A DNA stretch of 64,000 bases from positions 3,086 through 67,085 of the forward strand of contig JAHFIQ010000005.1 in assembly GCA_023246355.1 (NCBI GenBank), written 5' to 3'. The notes under the pieces are model-generated. The model worked only from the letters and a program-made list of their open reading frames with translations, made no database searches and had not been told where the DNA came from. The translations under genes and the position numbers were made by a program. Within the stretch, counting starts at the first letter, position 1; each line of letters starts with the position of its first letter. The stretch comes from Candidatus Uhrbacteria bacterium. Its GTDB lineage: Bacteria > Patescibacteriota > Patescibacteriia > UBA9934 > GWF2-40-263. Shown in pieces: positions 1-9,589 of the stretch.

Positions 1-30
1 GCTTGACTATACTTGATGAGCGATAAACGG

Positions 31-582
31 TCAAGAACGGGCGAGAACCATAATCATCCGGCCATTTTGGAACTTGATCGGCTGCTCAACCCGCAGAGGG
101 TAATGGGCTTTGAGCATTTCAAGGAATTGGTTCATGACCGTCTCGGCAACGTCTTTGTGCGCCTTCTCGCGTCCTCGAAGCGGAAGATCGACTTGGACCT
201 TGTCGCCCTTCTCAAAAAACTTTTTTGCCTGCTCGACTCGGACTTCCAGATCATGGGTGCCGATTCTCACAGAGAGACGAATGCCTTTGGTTTCAATCTC
301 CTTGGACTGGGCCTTGCGCTTCTTGGCTTCTTTTTCTTTTTGATATTTGAATTGGCCGTAGTCAAGAATTTTGCACACAGGCGGTTCAGCTTTTGGCGAG
401 ACCTCAACCAAGTCCATTTCTTTTGCTTGAGCCATAGCAATGGCTTCTTCAAGAGGAAGAACTCCGAGCGCTTCGCCCTGCGCCCCAATCACACGAACCT
501 GCTCGGCTTTGATACGGGCATTGACGCGATATTGTTGGATGTCGAGCTTGGGTCTGCGAAATCGATGTCTGTGGATACGCAT
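31..582 (-). CDS. infC: Translation initiation factor IF-3
   Basis: N-domain RVNARIKAEQVRVI...DLVEVSPKAEPPVCKILDYGQFKY and C-domain KGDKVQV.L.LRGRE are IF-3 signatures. Confidence 0.97.
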   Translation of the reverse strand: MRIHRHRFRRPKLDIQQYRVNARIKAEQVRVIGAQGEALGVLPLEEAIAMAQAKEMDLVEVSPKAEPPVCKILDYGQFKYQKEKEAKKRKAQSKEIETKGIRLSVRIGTHDLEVRVEQAKKFFEKGDKVQVDLPLRGREKAHKDVAETVMNQFLEMLKAHYPLRVEQPIKFQNGRMIMVLARS

Positions 583-671
583 AGGATGTGCAACACTCTA
601 ACCAAAAGGTTCAAAAAAATCAATACAAAATGAAAACCCCACCGCGCTTCTTGAGCGGATGGGGGAGAGGA

Positions 672-1070
672 TCACTTGGCGTCGCCCACCGCATCGGGCG
701 GCGAGGTACTCGCGTCCGGAGCCGCGGTCTGCGCCGCAGAGGGCGAGTGGAGCGTGAACTCGAAGGCGCCGTCTTCCTTGTACACGGCCGTGGCCGAGAA
801 GATCTCGTCGCCACACTTCACCACGACATGGCCGTCCTGGTCCTGCGTCCGGTTGGGATCGACGAAGGCGCAGTCTCTGCGCGTGACCGGGGTTGGCGGT
901 GCCACCACAGCGCTCTGAGCCGGTTCGGCCGCCTTGGGAGCCTGCGCGAGATCCGGCTCCGGAGTGGCTTCCTGCACGATCTCCTGTGCAGGAGCCGCAG
1001 GGGGCTGGTTGGCGTCATCGTAGGTCTGGTTGGAACAAGCGCTCAGGATGAGCGTCAAAAGCAGAGTCAT
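672..1070 (-). CDS. Small Pro/Ala-rich predicted lipoprotein, unknown function
   Basis: ATG at 1070 gives MTLLLTLILSAC (lipobox-like), preceded by GGAGAG; GC-rich codon usage. Confidence 0.65.
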   Translation of the reverse strand: MTLLLTLILSACSNQTYDDANQPPAAPAQEIVQEATPEPDLAQAPKAAEPAQSAVVAPPTPVTRRDCAFVDPNRTQDQDGHVVVKCGDEIFSATAVYKEDGAFEFTLHSPSAAQTAAPDASTSPPDAVGDAK

Positions 1071-1180
1071 GGCTCTCTCCGTGTGAGGGACCTCGGCAAA
1101 ACGTTTTTGCCAAGAGCAAAAGATAATCCAGCCGTCCTCCATTGTCAATGAGCTGTTCTCGTGAGAGCATGGTCTCTGAT

Positions 1181-1627
1181 ATGTCCACGCTTGCCATCAA
1201 CAAGACCGCTCGATTTGACTATGAGATTTTACAAAAGCTCGAAGGCGGCTTGGTGTTGACTGGTTCCGAGGTCAAGTCGATCAAGGCAGGTCATGTTCAG
1301 TTGAAGGGAGCGTTTTTGGATTTGCGCGGCAACGAGCTGTGGCTCAAGAATGCGTTTGTGACAGCCTACAAGCCTGCGGGAGTCAGAGACGATTATGACC
1401 CAAGTCGTAATCGAAAAGTGCTAGTGCACAAACGCGAGCTCATGAAACTCGTGGGCAAACATCACGCCGAGGGGCTCACGCTCATCCCGCTGTCTCTGTA
1501 CACAAAAGGAGGACTCATAAAACTCGAATTTGCTGTCGCACGTGGAAAGAAGCAGTTTGAAAAGCGTGAGGCGATCAAGAAGCGGGATGTACAGCGCCAA
1601 ATCCGCGAGAAACTCAAGGGGAACTGA
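1181..1627 (+). CDS. smpB: SsrA-binding protein SmpB
   Basis: NKTARFDYEI..LEGGLVLTGSEVKSIKAG, RKVLVHKREL, ARGKKQFEKRE motifs; tmRNA nearby. Confidence 0.97.
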   Translation: MSTLAINKTARFDYEILQKLEGGLVLTGSEVKSIKAGHVQLKGAFLDLRGNELWLKNAFVTAYKPAGVRDDYDPSRNRKVLVHKRELMKLVGKHHAEGLTLIPLSLYTKGGLIKLEFAVARGKKQFEKREAIKKRDVQRQIREKLKGN

Positions 1628-1764
1628 CGGTCGACACCGATCGTCATCCCGAGGTCGCCGAGGGATCTCATTCGTACCCCCTTGATTTTTTTTCAAAATG
1701 GGAGTATCATGGCCGCTGTCTTACGATCCACATCTTCCATGTGGACTGAGGCTCAGGAGGCACC

Positions 1765-2025
1765 ATGCAGAAAATTTTCTTGGGATTGATCGTGACGATT
1801 CTGGTCATCCTCGCGCGCTTCGTCTTCATCAGCGACCCCGATCTGGGTGCCGCCGTGACGGGCTTTGCTGCTCTCACCTTCGTGTCTCTGGGTGCGCGGT
1901 ACGCATTCGCGAATCCGGGTTCCGGCGTCCAGAGTTCCGTCCTCTCAGACATGGACGGCCCCAACCAGGGATGGGATCCGCGCACCATCGAAGCCGCTCG
2001 CCGTCGCGCCGACGGGATGGAGTAG
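1765..2025 (+). CDS. Small two-TM membrane protein ending RRRADGME
   Basis: AGGAGG RBS before ATG; two hydrophobic segments. Confidence 0.65.
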   Translation: MQKIFLGLIVTILVILARFVFISDPDLGAAVTGFAALTFVSLGARYAFANPGSGVQSSVLSDMDGPNQGWDPRTIEAARRRADGME

Positions 2026-2028
2026 ATC

Positions 2029-2172
2029 ATGGAAATAACACCTTGGATTTGTGCTGGAACACTATTGGGTGTCAGTCCTTTTTTGATCATGTGGTTTCTT
2101 GAAGTCTTGGCTGAGCGTCGAATGCGGCATCACATCGACGCCAGGCGCCGTCGTGCCGACGGAATGGAGTAG
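2029..2172 (+). CDS. 47-aa single-TM peptide ending RRRADGME (below the ORF track length cutoff)
   Basis: MEITPWICAGTLLGVSPFLIMWFLEVLAERRMRHHIDARRRRADGME; GGAG RBS lies in the preceding ORF end. Confidence 0.5.
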   Translation: MEITPWICAGTLLGVSPFLIMWFLEVLAERRMRHHIDARRRRADGME

Positions 2173-2175
2173 ATC

Positions 2176-2271
2176 ATGTTCTGGGCATGTATGGGATCGT
2201 TGTCCGTCATTCTGATTCTGATCTCCTTGGCGCTGTTCACTGCTCCGAGTCCACCAGACCAACAAGAGTGA
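2176..2271 (+). CDS. 31-aa hydrophobic peptide
   Basis: MFWACMGSLSVILILISLALFTAPSPPDQQE; same GGAGTAGATCATG junction as the previous ORF. Confidence 0.4.
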   Translation: MFWACMGSLSVILILISLALFTAPSPPDQQE

Positions 2272-2534
2272 TTCCGCCGTCTGCTTGACGGCACTGCCTG
2301 CCTACAACGGCGGGTTTTCTGTTACAAAAGAAAAGAGCTCGCAGGTTGCGAACTCGTGGTGATGATCAGCGACCTGTGAGCTGTGCCCAGTGCTGCTTGG
2401 GACGCAGACGGAGAGAGAAGATGGCGTCGGCATGATCGCCTACGGCTCAGGCCGTTGGCGGGCAGCTATCAGAAAAAGTGTCCGCAGTATTTTTTTGGAC
2501 AAAAATACCCAGACGTATGTCTAGGTATTTATGT

Positions 2535-2922
2535 TGGTGGAGCTGGGGAGAATCGAACTCCCGTCTGGAAGGATTCGCACCGTGATGGTTCCAAGTTCAT
2601 TCACGCCTGATACCTTGCCACGCTCAAGGCGTGAAGCAATACGTGACAAGGAGCCGATCGCAACTCTTGAACATGAGAGATCGGTGACCTCATGTTCCAG
2701 CCTGATGATATAACACCCGACTGTTGGTTATCAGACGTCACCAACGCGGATGGCCCTCAGCTTACGCGAGGACAGGGGCAAAAGATGGAACGCGAAATGC
2801 ATTCTTGATCATTGCCATGACGTTGTTTGCAGTTGTCGTCGTGCACGGAAATATTTACGAGCTGCCGTACCGGCTCGACTTGATCACGGATGGTAGGCCT
2901 ACCATCGATACCGATCAGCCCC
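2535..2922 (-). ncRNA. ssrA: tmRNA (one-piece); tag reading frame 2830-2762 = ANNVMAMIKNAFRVPSFAPVLA*
   Basis: 5' GGGGCTGATCGGTATCGA; 3' GGGAGTTCGATTCTCCCCAGCTCCACCA with T-loop and CCA; acceptor stem GGGGCTG/CAGCTCC with G3-U wobble; resume codon GCA after ACAACT; tag ends in LA; adjacent to smpB. Confidence 0.95.
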
Positions 2923-2996
2923 ATCGCAGGAGTCTATGCCATTTTACGTTTTTGGTCAATCGTGTAGAATCCTCCGCGGCTCTCACGGAGACTCTG

Positions 2997-4385
2997 ATGA
3001 CGCATGCCCACCATTCTTCTCCTGCCCCAGCTTCTGTACCACGCACCGATCCTTTCTTCGCGGATTCTGCCAATGATCGCGTGGTGCGCGGACCGCACCA
3101 TCGTCGTTTCCTGCCACCCTCGCAGATGTTTCTCATCAGGATGGGACTCGAAAGCTACCGTCGTGACCATCCCGGACGTCCAACCTTCGATGCCTCGCAA
3201 GGGGACGGCGGCGCGAGTCTGGGAGGCATCCCGCACCGGGAGCTCGTAGAGGCACTGGACCGGTTTCTTCCCAGCGTTCACGCAACGGCCTACGGTACAC
3301 CGCAAGGTGACGTGCGAGTTCGCGCGGCGATCTTTGCGAACTACTACCGGCTCTCGCCTGACTCCGGCCTCACGCCCGATCATGTGGTCCTCACCGACGG
3401 CGGACGCGATGCACTCTCCAAGTGGTACCAGGCGATCCAGATTCTGGCCGGCGTATCAGGAGACTGTCTGCTCACCTCGGCCGCTCCGTGGATTTCCTAC
3501 GGCCACGGTTCGTATCTTGCAGGGTTGAACCTGCTGTGCGCGCCATCGACCGACGGAAGTTTCAAGATCACACCCGAAGGTGTGAAGGCCAGCATCAAGT
3601 TTGCCTCTCAAGAAGTCTATCGTGTTCGAGCGCTGGTGATCACCACACCTGACAATCCTACCGGAACCTTCTACACGCAAGAGGAAGTGGTCGAGCTCAT
3701 TCAGGAGGCAACGGATTGTGGTTTGAGCCAGATCCTTGTGGACCTCATGTACCAGACCGTGCTGGATGATGACCATGTGCGGTACGACATTCCAGCGATC
3801 CTGGCTGCCCTCTCACCTGAAGCACGTCGTCGCGTGACGTTCATGGACGGACTCACCAAGTCGGCAGGAGCGAGCAATGTTCGCCATGCACACTTGCTGT
3901 GCGGCGACCTGCACATGGCAAAGTGTCTGACCGCCATTGCGTCCCACACGGTGCTTCCCAATGTGTTGGGAGAAGCTGCAGCGTTTGAGGTCTATGGAGC
4001 TGAGCATCCTGATCAGCATCCCTGGATTCGCCGTGTGGTTGAACCGACCACCAAGAGTCGAGCGCTGTTCCGTGCCAGGATGATGGGATTTGACCATCGC
4101 TTCGTTGCAGATCAGGGCTACTACGGGTTCGTGCATGTGGCACCGTGGTTGGAACGCCGTGTGCCTGACCATCTCATGTTCCGTGATGCGCGTGATCGAG
4201 TCATCGAAACCATTCATGACACCAATGATTTGGTCGCGTACCTCACGGCCCGTCATGGCCTCGCGGTCGTGCCAGGCGCCCCGTTCCATCAACCCGAGTT
4301 CATTCGCTTCAGTCTCGCGAACACTCCCGACTACACCGGAGCCGCTGTGGTGCGCTTCAACGAAGCCCTTCACGCACTCGAGTAG
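2997..4385 (+). CDS. PLP-dependent aminotransferase, class I/II
   Basis: ITTPDNPTGTFY, VDLMYQ, DGLTKSAGASNVR (PLP Lys), FIRFSLA; start moved to ATG 2997 because the upstream ORF extension overlaps the tmRNA. Confidence 0.88.
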   Translation: MTHAHHSSPAPASVPRTDPFFADSANDRVVRGPHHRRFLPPSQMFLIRMGLESYRRDHPGRPTFDASQGDGGASLGGIPHRELVEALDRFLPSVHATAYGTPQGDVRVRAAIFANYYRLSPDSGLTPDHVVLTDGGRDALSKWYQAIQILAGVSGDCLLTSAAPWISYGHGSYLAGLNLLCAPSTDGSFKITPEGVKASIKFASQEVYRVRALVITTPDNPTGTFYTQEEVVELIQEATDCGLSQILVDLMYQTVLDDDHVRYDIPAILAALSPEARRRVTFMDGLTKSAGASNVRHAHLLCGDLHMAKCLTAIASHTVLPNVLGEAAAFEVYGAEHPDQHPWIRRVVEPTTKSRALFRARMMGFDHRFVADQGYYGFVHVAPWLERRVPDHLMFRDARDRVIETIHDTNDLVAYLTARHGLAVVPGAPFHQPEFIRFSLANTPDYTGAAVVRFNEALHALE

Positions 4386-4413
4386 TTCAACACCGAGCCA
4401 TCACAGGCTCGTT

Positions 4414-6591
4414 TTATTTTAGCGTTTCAATGAAGGCGTTCACTTCCTGGGCTGATTCTGGATGCAGTGTTCGATACTGCACAGCGGTCTCGATCGCCTG
4501 TTGGATTCGGCCATCTGCGGCATAGGCAGCAGCGAGTTTGGGAAGAAGGGCATCGTTATTTGGTTCAACGGCTCGGGCGGACTCATAGAGAAACACAATT
4601 TTTGGGGTGTCTCCTACACCGATGTAGTAGTTAATCAGCCAATCAAAGGCTTGTGCGCTTGTGAGCTGCTCTCCCTGCTGAAGACTTTGAATAGCCAGAG
4701 GAGCGGCACGCGAAAGATCGCCATCACGAGCATAGATGAGCGCAAGGGTGAACAGGGCATCTGGGTGATTAGGCGCAAGGACGAGTGCGGCCTGAATGGT
4801 TTTTTCCGCCTCGTCGCGTAAACCATTCACCGTCTGCATATTAGATAGCACGATGAGCGCTTCCACCCGCGTGGGAGCCAGCTCGATGGCACGAGAGACA
4901 ATAGCGAAACTTTCTTGGCTGACAGGGGTGTTTGTTGCAACTGCATAAGAGAGTTCCAAACGCGCCGCCCGATACCAATTGTAGGCTCGAACAGGATGTC
5001 GACGCAGGGTTTTTTCGTAGGCCTGATGTGCCGATGAATAGATGGCAGTCGTGAGTCCTGGATCCTGGATGTTTCCCTTGATCTGTTGCTCCAAAGTATC
5101 GCTGTAGAGGTCAGCAAGCAAGGCAATGTCGTAGACAAAAAATGCCTGAGAGACACGATCAAGATGTTCGACTTGTTGCTGGGGACTCTCGTGATCGCGC
5201 GAGATGACTTGTCCGTACAGAGAGAATTGTGAGGCGGTTGGAATGAGTAAGAAGAAAATAATGATGAGAGGCACGACCAGACTCAGTGGACGTATCCACC
5301 TCCAGAGTGTGCCAGAACGGATGTGCTGTTGCGGAGGGATGGGTGCATCAAAGACCAAGGCCAAGAAAAAATAAAACGACACCAGAGGGACAATCGTATT
5401 GAAGACAAATAAATTTTGAACGAGATAGGCCACAAGAGCAGACATCAAGGCACAGGGTGGTATCCACGAGTCTTGTGATTTCCGTTTCAGAATCGTTCGG
5501 GTAATGACAAAGAGGTACAGGAGGTAGCTCAGGAGTGTGAAGATCCCACCGGTGGCAAGAATTTCTAAAATTTGATTATGCGGCTTATCTGGCCAGCTTC
5601 CAGATTCCTCATACAGATCGTTGGGATAATATCGGTCGGCGATGCGGTAGAAATTTTGGTGTCCGACGCCAAACCAGGGATCGTCCATCCAGCCGATCAC
5701 GGCGAGCCGCCAGTAGGTGAGACGGCTGCTCACACTGGCATCGGTATAGTGTGTCAGTCGATAGAGATCCGTTCCTTGTGTTGATGTGTATCTGAGGCTC
5801 AATCCGACAACAGAAAGGAGGAGACATCCCAGCACGAGACAGAGCCATGTTTTTCTTCGTTGCGCCTTTTGCGTGTGTGTGACCAAAGAGATCACCCCCC
5901 AGGTGACGCATCCAATCAGCACACCCAAGTAGGCTCCTCGTGTTTCAGAAGCCAGGATGCCAAGGCCTGTGGTAAGCGCACAGATAGCAAAGATCGACCT
6001 CCAGAGACGGGTTTTTTCCCGGACGAACATTCCGATCGAAAGAAAAAAAGGAATCATGAGGCTGGCCGCAAAGAACACCGGATTGCCGATCGTCGAAGAA
6101 GACCTCGTTTCAAACACATCGATGCTTGGGAGTAGGTTCAGATGTTGCAAAGCACCGATGGTTCCTACGAGCATGCCTACGCACAGGAACAAACGAACCA
6201 GGACGATACGGCTTGACTTCCAGGTTTGGAACAGGGTGACGAGCGCCAAAAAAAAGATAAAGAGGTGGTAACGCAAAAATAAGCCGTCAACGCGAGAGGC
6301 GTTTCCCAAAAAACTATTCCATGGGTCAACACCGACCGAGGCGGATAGACTCATGAGGCAAAAGTACAGCAGGAGCGACAGGGGAATGGGATGGGTCAAA
6401 ATAGAACGTCTTTCCGGCAGTCGTGAAAGATGAAAGACGAAGAAGGGAAGGGAGAGCTCAATCAAAAAAACGAAGAAAAAAATCTTTGTGCTGAGGAACG
6501 GAGCATACAAGGTTCGTAAAAAGATGAGAGGGGTGATGAGACAGAGTCCAAGGAGGAACGCGAGGCATTTTTCTGGAAAGGTGTGGGACAT
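4414..6591 (-). CDS. O-antigen ligase-like polytopic membrane protein with C-terminal TPR repeats
   Basis: SSTIGNPVFFA, SETRGAYLG, FGVGHQNF, DKPHNQILEIL Wzy_C-like motifs; TPR-like helices at the C-terminus. Confidence 0.85.
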   Translation of the reverse strand: MSHTFPEKCLAFLLGLCLITPLIFLRTLYAPFLSTKIFFFVFLIELSLPFFVFHLSRLPERRSILTHPIPLSLLLYFCLMSLSASVGVDPWNSFLGNASRVDGLFLRYHLFIFFLALVTLFQTWKSSRIVLVRLFLCVGMLVGTIGALQHLNLLPSIDVFETRSSSTIGNPVFFAASLMIPFFLSIGMFVREKTRLWRSIFAICALTTGLGILASETRGAYLGVLIGCVTWGVISLVTHTQKAQRRKTWLCLVLGCLLLSVVGLSLRYTSTQGTDLYRLTHYTDASVSSRLTYWRLAVIGWMDDPWFGVGHQNFYRIADRYYPNDLYEESGSWPDKPHNQILEILATGGIFTLLSYLLYLFVITRTILKRKSQDSWIPPCALMSALVAYLVQNLFVFNTIVPLVSFYFFLALVFDAPIPPQQHIRSGTLWRWIRPLSLVVPLIIIFFLLIPTASQFSLYGQVISRDHESPQQQVEHLDRVSQAFFVYDIALLADLYSDTLEQQIKGNIQDPGLTTAIYSSAHQAYEKTLRRHPVRAYNWYRAARLELSYAVATNTPVSQESFAIVSRAIELAPTRVEALIVLSNMQTVNGLRDEAEKTIQAALVLAPNHPDALFTLALIYARDGDLSRAAPLAIQSLQQGEQLTSAQAFDWLINYYIGVGDTPKIVFLYESARAVEPNNDALLPKLAAAYAADGRIQQAIETAVQYRTLHPESAQEVNAFIETLK

Positions 6592-6647
6592 ACGGTGGTC
6601 GAGACATTCTACCTCATCTTCTAACTGTGCTATAATTCAGTCAACCT

Positions 6648-7676
6648 ATGCATCCGCCGCAATCGGTGAGCATTTCCACCGCGACGTTTATTAAAGCTGT
6701 TGTTATTGTTCTTGGCATTTGGTTTTTGTGGTACGTGAGAGACGTCGTTGCGATTTTGGTCGCGTCGCTTTTACTTTCCTCGCTCATTGAACCCTTTGCC
6801 GCAACTCTTCACGCGCGGCATATTCCTCGTGGACTCGCGGTGCTCATCGTGTACACGGTGTTGCTCACCCTCGTCTCGATTCTCACGGTTCTGCTTGTGC
6901 CAGCAGTCAGCACTCAGGGAGGACAATTGTTGAATTCTGTTTCAACGTCGTTCAGTGGCGTGGCGCATTCGTTTGGTGCGCTTCAGAATTTTACACAGAC
7001 GCATGGGCTTGCGGATAATTTTTCAAGCTCCATCACATCATTGCAAGAAGCGTTTGGACAATCCGTTGGTTCCATTTTTAGCACGGTGAAGGGGGTCGTC
7101 ACAGGCGTAGTCGCCACATTCATTGTGATGGTGCTTGCGTTTTACATGGTGGTGGAAGAGGAGAAAGTGCGAAAATATTTTCGCTCTCTCGCCCCGATCG
7201 AATATCAACCGTACGTGGGGCATCTCATGAAAAAGGTTCAAAAAAAAATGGGGGAGTGGTTGCGTGGGCAATTGATTTTAGCGCTCGTGGTTGGAACGTT
7301 GATTTTTATTGGCCTCTCGATGTTTGGAGTGCCGTATGCGCTGTTGCTTGCGCTGATAGCCGGCGTGCTTGAAGTCGTTCCCTATGTGGGGCCCGTGCTC
7401 TCACTCATTCCAGCGGTCATCATTGGTTTGGCGCAATCGCCGGTGATTGGTTTGGCTGTGGTACTTTTGTATGTGCTCGTTCAGCAGATCGAAAATCACG
7501 TCCTCGTTCCAAAAATCATGCAGACGGTTACAGGACTCAATCCCATCATCAGTATTTTGGCGCTTCTTGTTGGCATCAAAGTTGCCGGACTCGTGGGCGC
7601 GATTTTTTCTATTCCTCTGGCCATGATTGGTGTCGTGATGCTTGAAGATTTATTCGGTGACATGACTGAATCCTAA
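6648..7676 (+). CDS. AI-2E/PerM family transporter
   Basis: WLRGQLIL, EVVPYVGP, QQIENHVLVPKIM..GLNP motifs. Confidence 0.92.
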   Translation: MHPPQSVSISTATFIKAVVIVLGIWFLWYVRDVVAILVASLLLSSLIEPFAATLHARHIPRGLAVLIVYTVLLTLVSILTVLLVPAVSTQGGQLLNSVSTSFSGVAHSFGALQNFTQTHGLADNFSSSITSLQEAFGQSVGSIFSTVKGVVTGVVATFIVMVLAFYMVVEEEKVRKYFRSLAPIEYQPYVGHLMKKVQKKMGEWLRGQLILALVVGTLIFIGLSMFGVPYALLLALIAGVLEVVPYVGPVLSLIPAVIIGLAQSPVIGLAVVLLYVLVQQIENHVLVPKIMQTVTGLNPIISILALLVGIKVAGLVGAIFSIPLAMIGVVMLEDLFGDMTES

Positions 7677-7677
7677 T

Positions 7678-8076
7678 ATGCGCTATTATCATCGCCATTC
7701 TTTTTTTCCTCTGGTCATTATCTTGCTCTCCCTTCTGTTAGGCTTCTTTATTTTTCTCACCGTGAGTCGTGAGCGGCCGGTGGTGGAACAAACGTCTGTC
7801 GCGCCGGTGGATGAACAATCGTATCGAGAAGAGCTCATGCTTCTGCTCACCACATTTGAAACAGACATGAATGCGGCGCCTGACAACGCGGGAAAGCTCT
7901 CTATTGCCCAGAGCACGTTTGCTGAGGTGATTGCTCTGCGCGTTCCACCAGAAGAGAAAGACCTGCATCTCTCGCTCGCACTCGCTCTTTCAAACATTCA
8001 GACAGCCCTCAAAGGGTCTGACCCAGATATCAGCATTTATGTGCTTCAAATTCAGACGATCACAGAGAGTTTATGA
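7678..8076 (+). CDS. Hypothetical membrane-anchored protein
   Basis: N-terminal TM; operonic spacing. Confidence 0.7.
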   Translation: MRYYHRHSFFPLVIILLSLLLGFFIFLTVSRERPVVEQTSVAPVDEQSYREELMLLLTTFETDMNAAPDNAGKLSIAQSTFAEVIALRVPPEEKDLHLSLALALSNIQTALKGSDPDISIYVLQIQTITESL

Positions 8077-8822
8077 CCCGTGTGGAAAAAAATGCTTCCG
8101 TGAAGGAAGAACTTGAACAGATGAAGGGGAGCGTGGTGGCAGAAGTTCGTGAGCACAATCGCAAACGTCGTCCCATGCTCACCTGCAGCCTTGTCATGCT
8201 CTTTTTTGTCCTGTGTTTTTTTGCGTGGATGGCTTGGCTTATCGCCTCAACAGGTTTTGTCCGGGTTCCTTTGTTCACGTCGCTTGCCTATCACACACCT
8301 GAACCTCTCCATACGGTTGAGCCAGGAGTCCCTGTTGACGTATTTGCCCACGAGCAGCTGACGAGCGAAGTAACGAAACGTCTGCAAGCAGGTTCTGGTG
8401 AGATCGAAGATCGTACGATCTCGCTCACGATTTCTGAATCTTCGTTGACCGCAACCCTACGTTCCCTCATGGAAGAATCAGGTCTCACGTTTCTTGATGC
8501 ACATGAAGCACAGATCGCTCTGTCACCGGGCTCAGGTGCTTCCCTGTTTGTTCCTCTATCCAACAATGACCTGCACTCCGCGATCACTCTTGAAATGGAC
8601 GTTGGGGTGCTGGATGGAAAAATTGCTCTTACACCTACGCTCCTGCGAGTGGGGAGTCTGAACGTGCCGCGGGTGTTTCTGGTGAGACTCTTGGATCCAC
8701 TGATCGCGCAGGAAGTGGAAACGCTCAATGATGAACTTACGGGTTATGCAGATGTGACTGCCGTTCAAGTGACAGAGGGATTTGTGACGCTGACCGGAGA
8801 GCTGTCTGTTGAAATCCAATAG
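8073..8822 (+). CDS. Hypothetical single-TM protein
   Basis: ATGA overlap with the previous gene; one TM followed by a soluble domain. Confidence 0.7.
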   Translation: MTRVEKNASVKEELEQMKGSVVAEVREHNRKRRPMLTCSLVMLFFVLCFFAWMAWLIASTGFVRVPLFTSLAYHTPEPLHTVEPGVPVDVFAHEQLTSEVTKRLQAGSGEIEDRTISLTISESSLTATLRSLMEESGLTFLDAHEAQIALSPGSGASLFVPLSNNDLHSAITLEMDVGVLDGKIALTPTLLRVGSLNVPRVFLVRLLDPLIAQEVETLNDELTGYADVTAVQVTEGFVTLTGELSVEIQ

Positions 8823-8824
8823 GT

Positions 8825-9589
8825 ATGATTCTTTTGCATCGCATTACATCATTTGGCATCGCCCTTGTGGCCCTGTTCAGTTTTGTTTTGCTCCTGGAAG
8901 GATTTACGCATCCACTCCTGGTTGTTTTGTTGTGCACGATTTTTTGTGGTCTTTTACTTGCTCGGCTCCTCAATGTTCAGGTACGAACATTTCAGTTTTG
9001 GCATCTCTTTGGCACACCGATGTTATTCTTACTTTCGAGTTTTGGATTATTTTTTCTTTTAGAGTCCGTCAGTATCAAATGGGTGCTTGCAGGACTCGTC
9101 ACTGTTTTTCTTCTGTTGTTTGTCGAGCACGTGTTTAATTTTATTCATCTTCCATCGAAGTATCAGCCTTTCACGCTTGAATATCTGTCCCAGCTCCTGC
9201 ATGTCCTTTCTGTTTTTTTTCTCGCGACGTTGGGATTTGGATTAAGACTTTTTTTGCATGCACCGCTGTGGTTGCTCTGTCTCGCGTTTTTCCTTGTCCT
9301 CACCTTCATCATGTACGGCACGCTCTTTGCCAGCAAGGTGGATGCACTCAAGGCACGACCCTATGCCCTGGCCACCGCGCTTCTCATCACCGAACTTTTC
9401 GCTGTGATTTCTTTTCTCCCCACAGGATTTTATACCAACGCCGCTTTTTTGGCTCTCGGAGTCTATGTCCTGTTGGGCTTGTCACGGGCCGATGCCTTGC
9501 ATAAGCTCTCCCGCGAAGTGTTGCGACGGTATCTAACCATTTTTGTCTTCCTTGGCGCGGTGATTGCTCTGACGTCTCAATGGATATGA
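8825..9589 (+). CDS. Polytopic membrane protein, unknown function
   Basis: About eight hydrophobic segments; operonic. Confidence 0.75.
   Translation: MILLHRITSFGIALVALFSFVLLLEGFTHPLLVVLLCTIFCGLLLARLLNVQVRTFQFWHLFGTPMLFLLSSFGLFFLLESVSIKWVLAGLVTVFLLLFVEHVFNFIHLPSKYQPFTLEYLSQLLHVLSVFFLATLGFGLRLFLHAPLWLLCLAFFLVLTFIMYGTLFASKVDALKARPYALATALLITELFAVISFLPTGFYTNAAFLALGVYVLLGLSRADALHKLSREVLRRYLTIFVFLGAVIALTSQWI

Noticed and set aside
2724-2996. N-terminal extension of the aminotransferase ORF
   Set aside because: It is antisense to the tmRNA; ATG 2997 is more plausible
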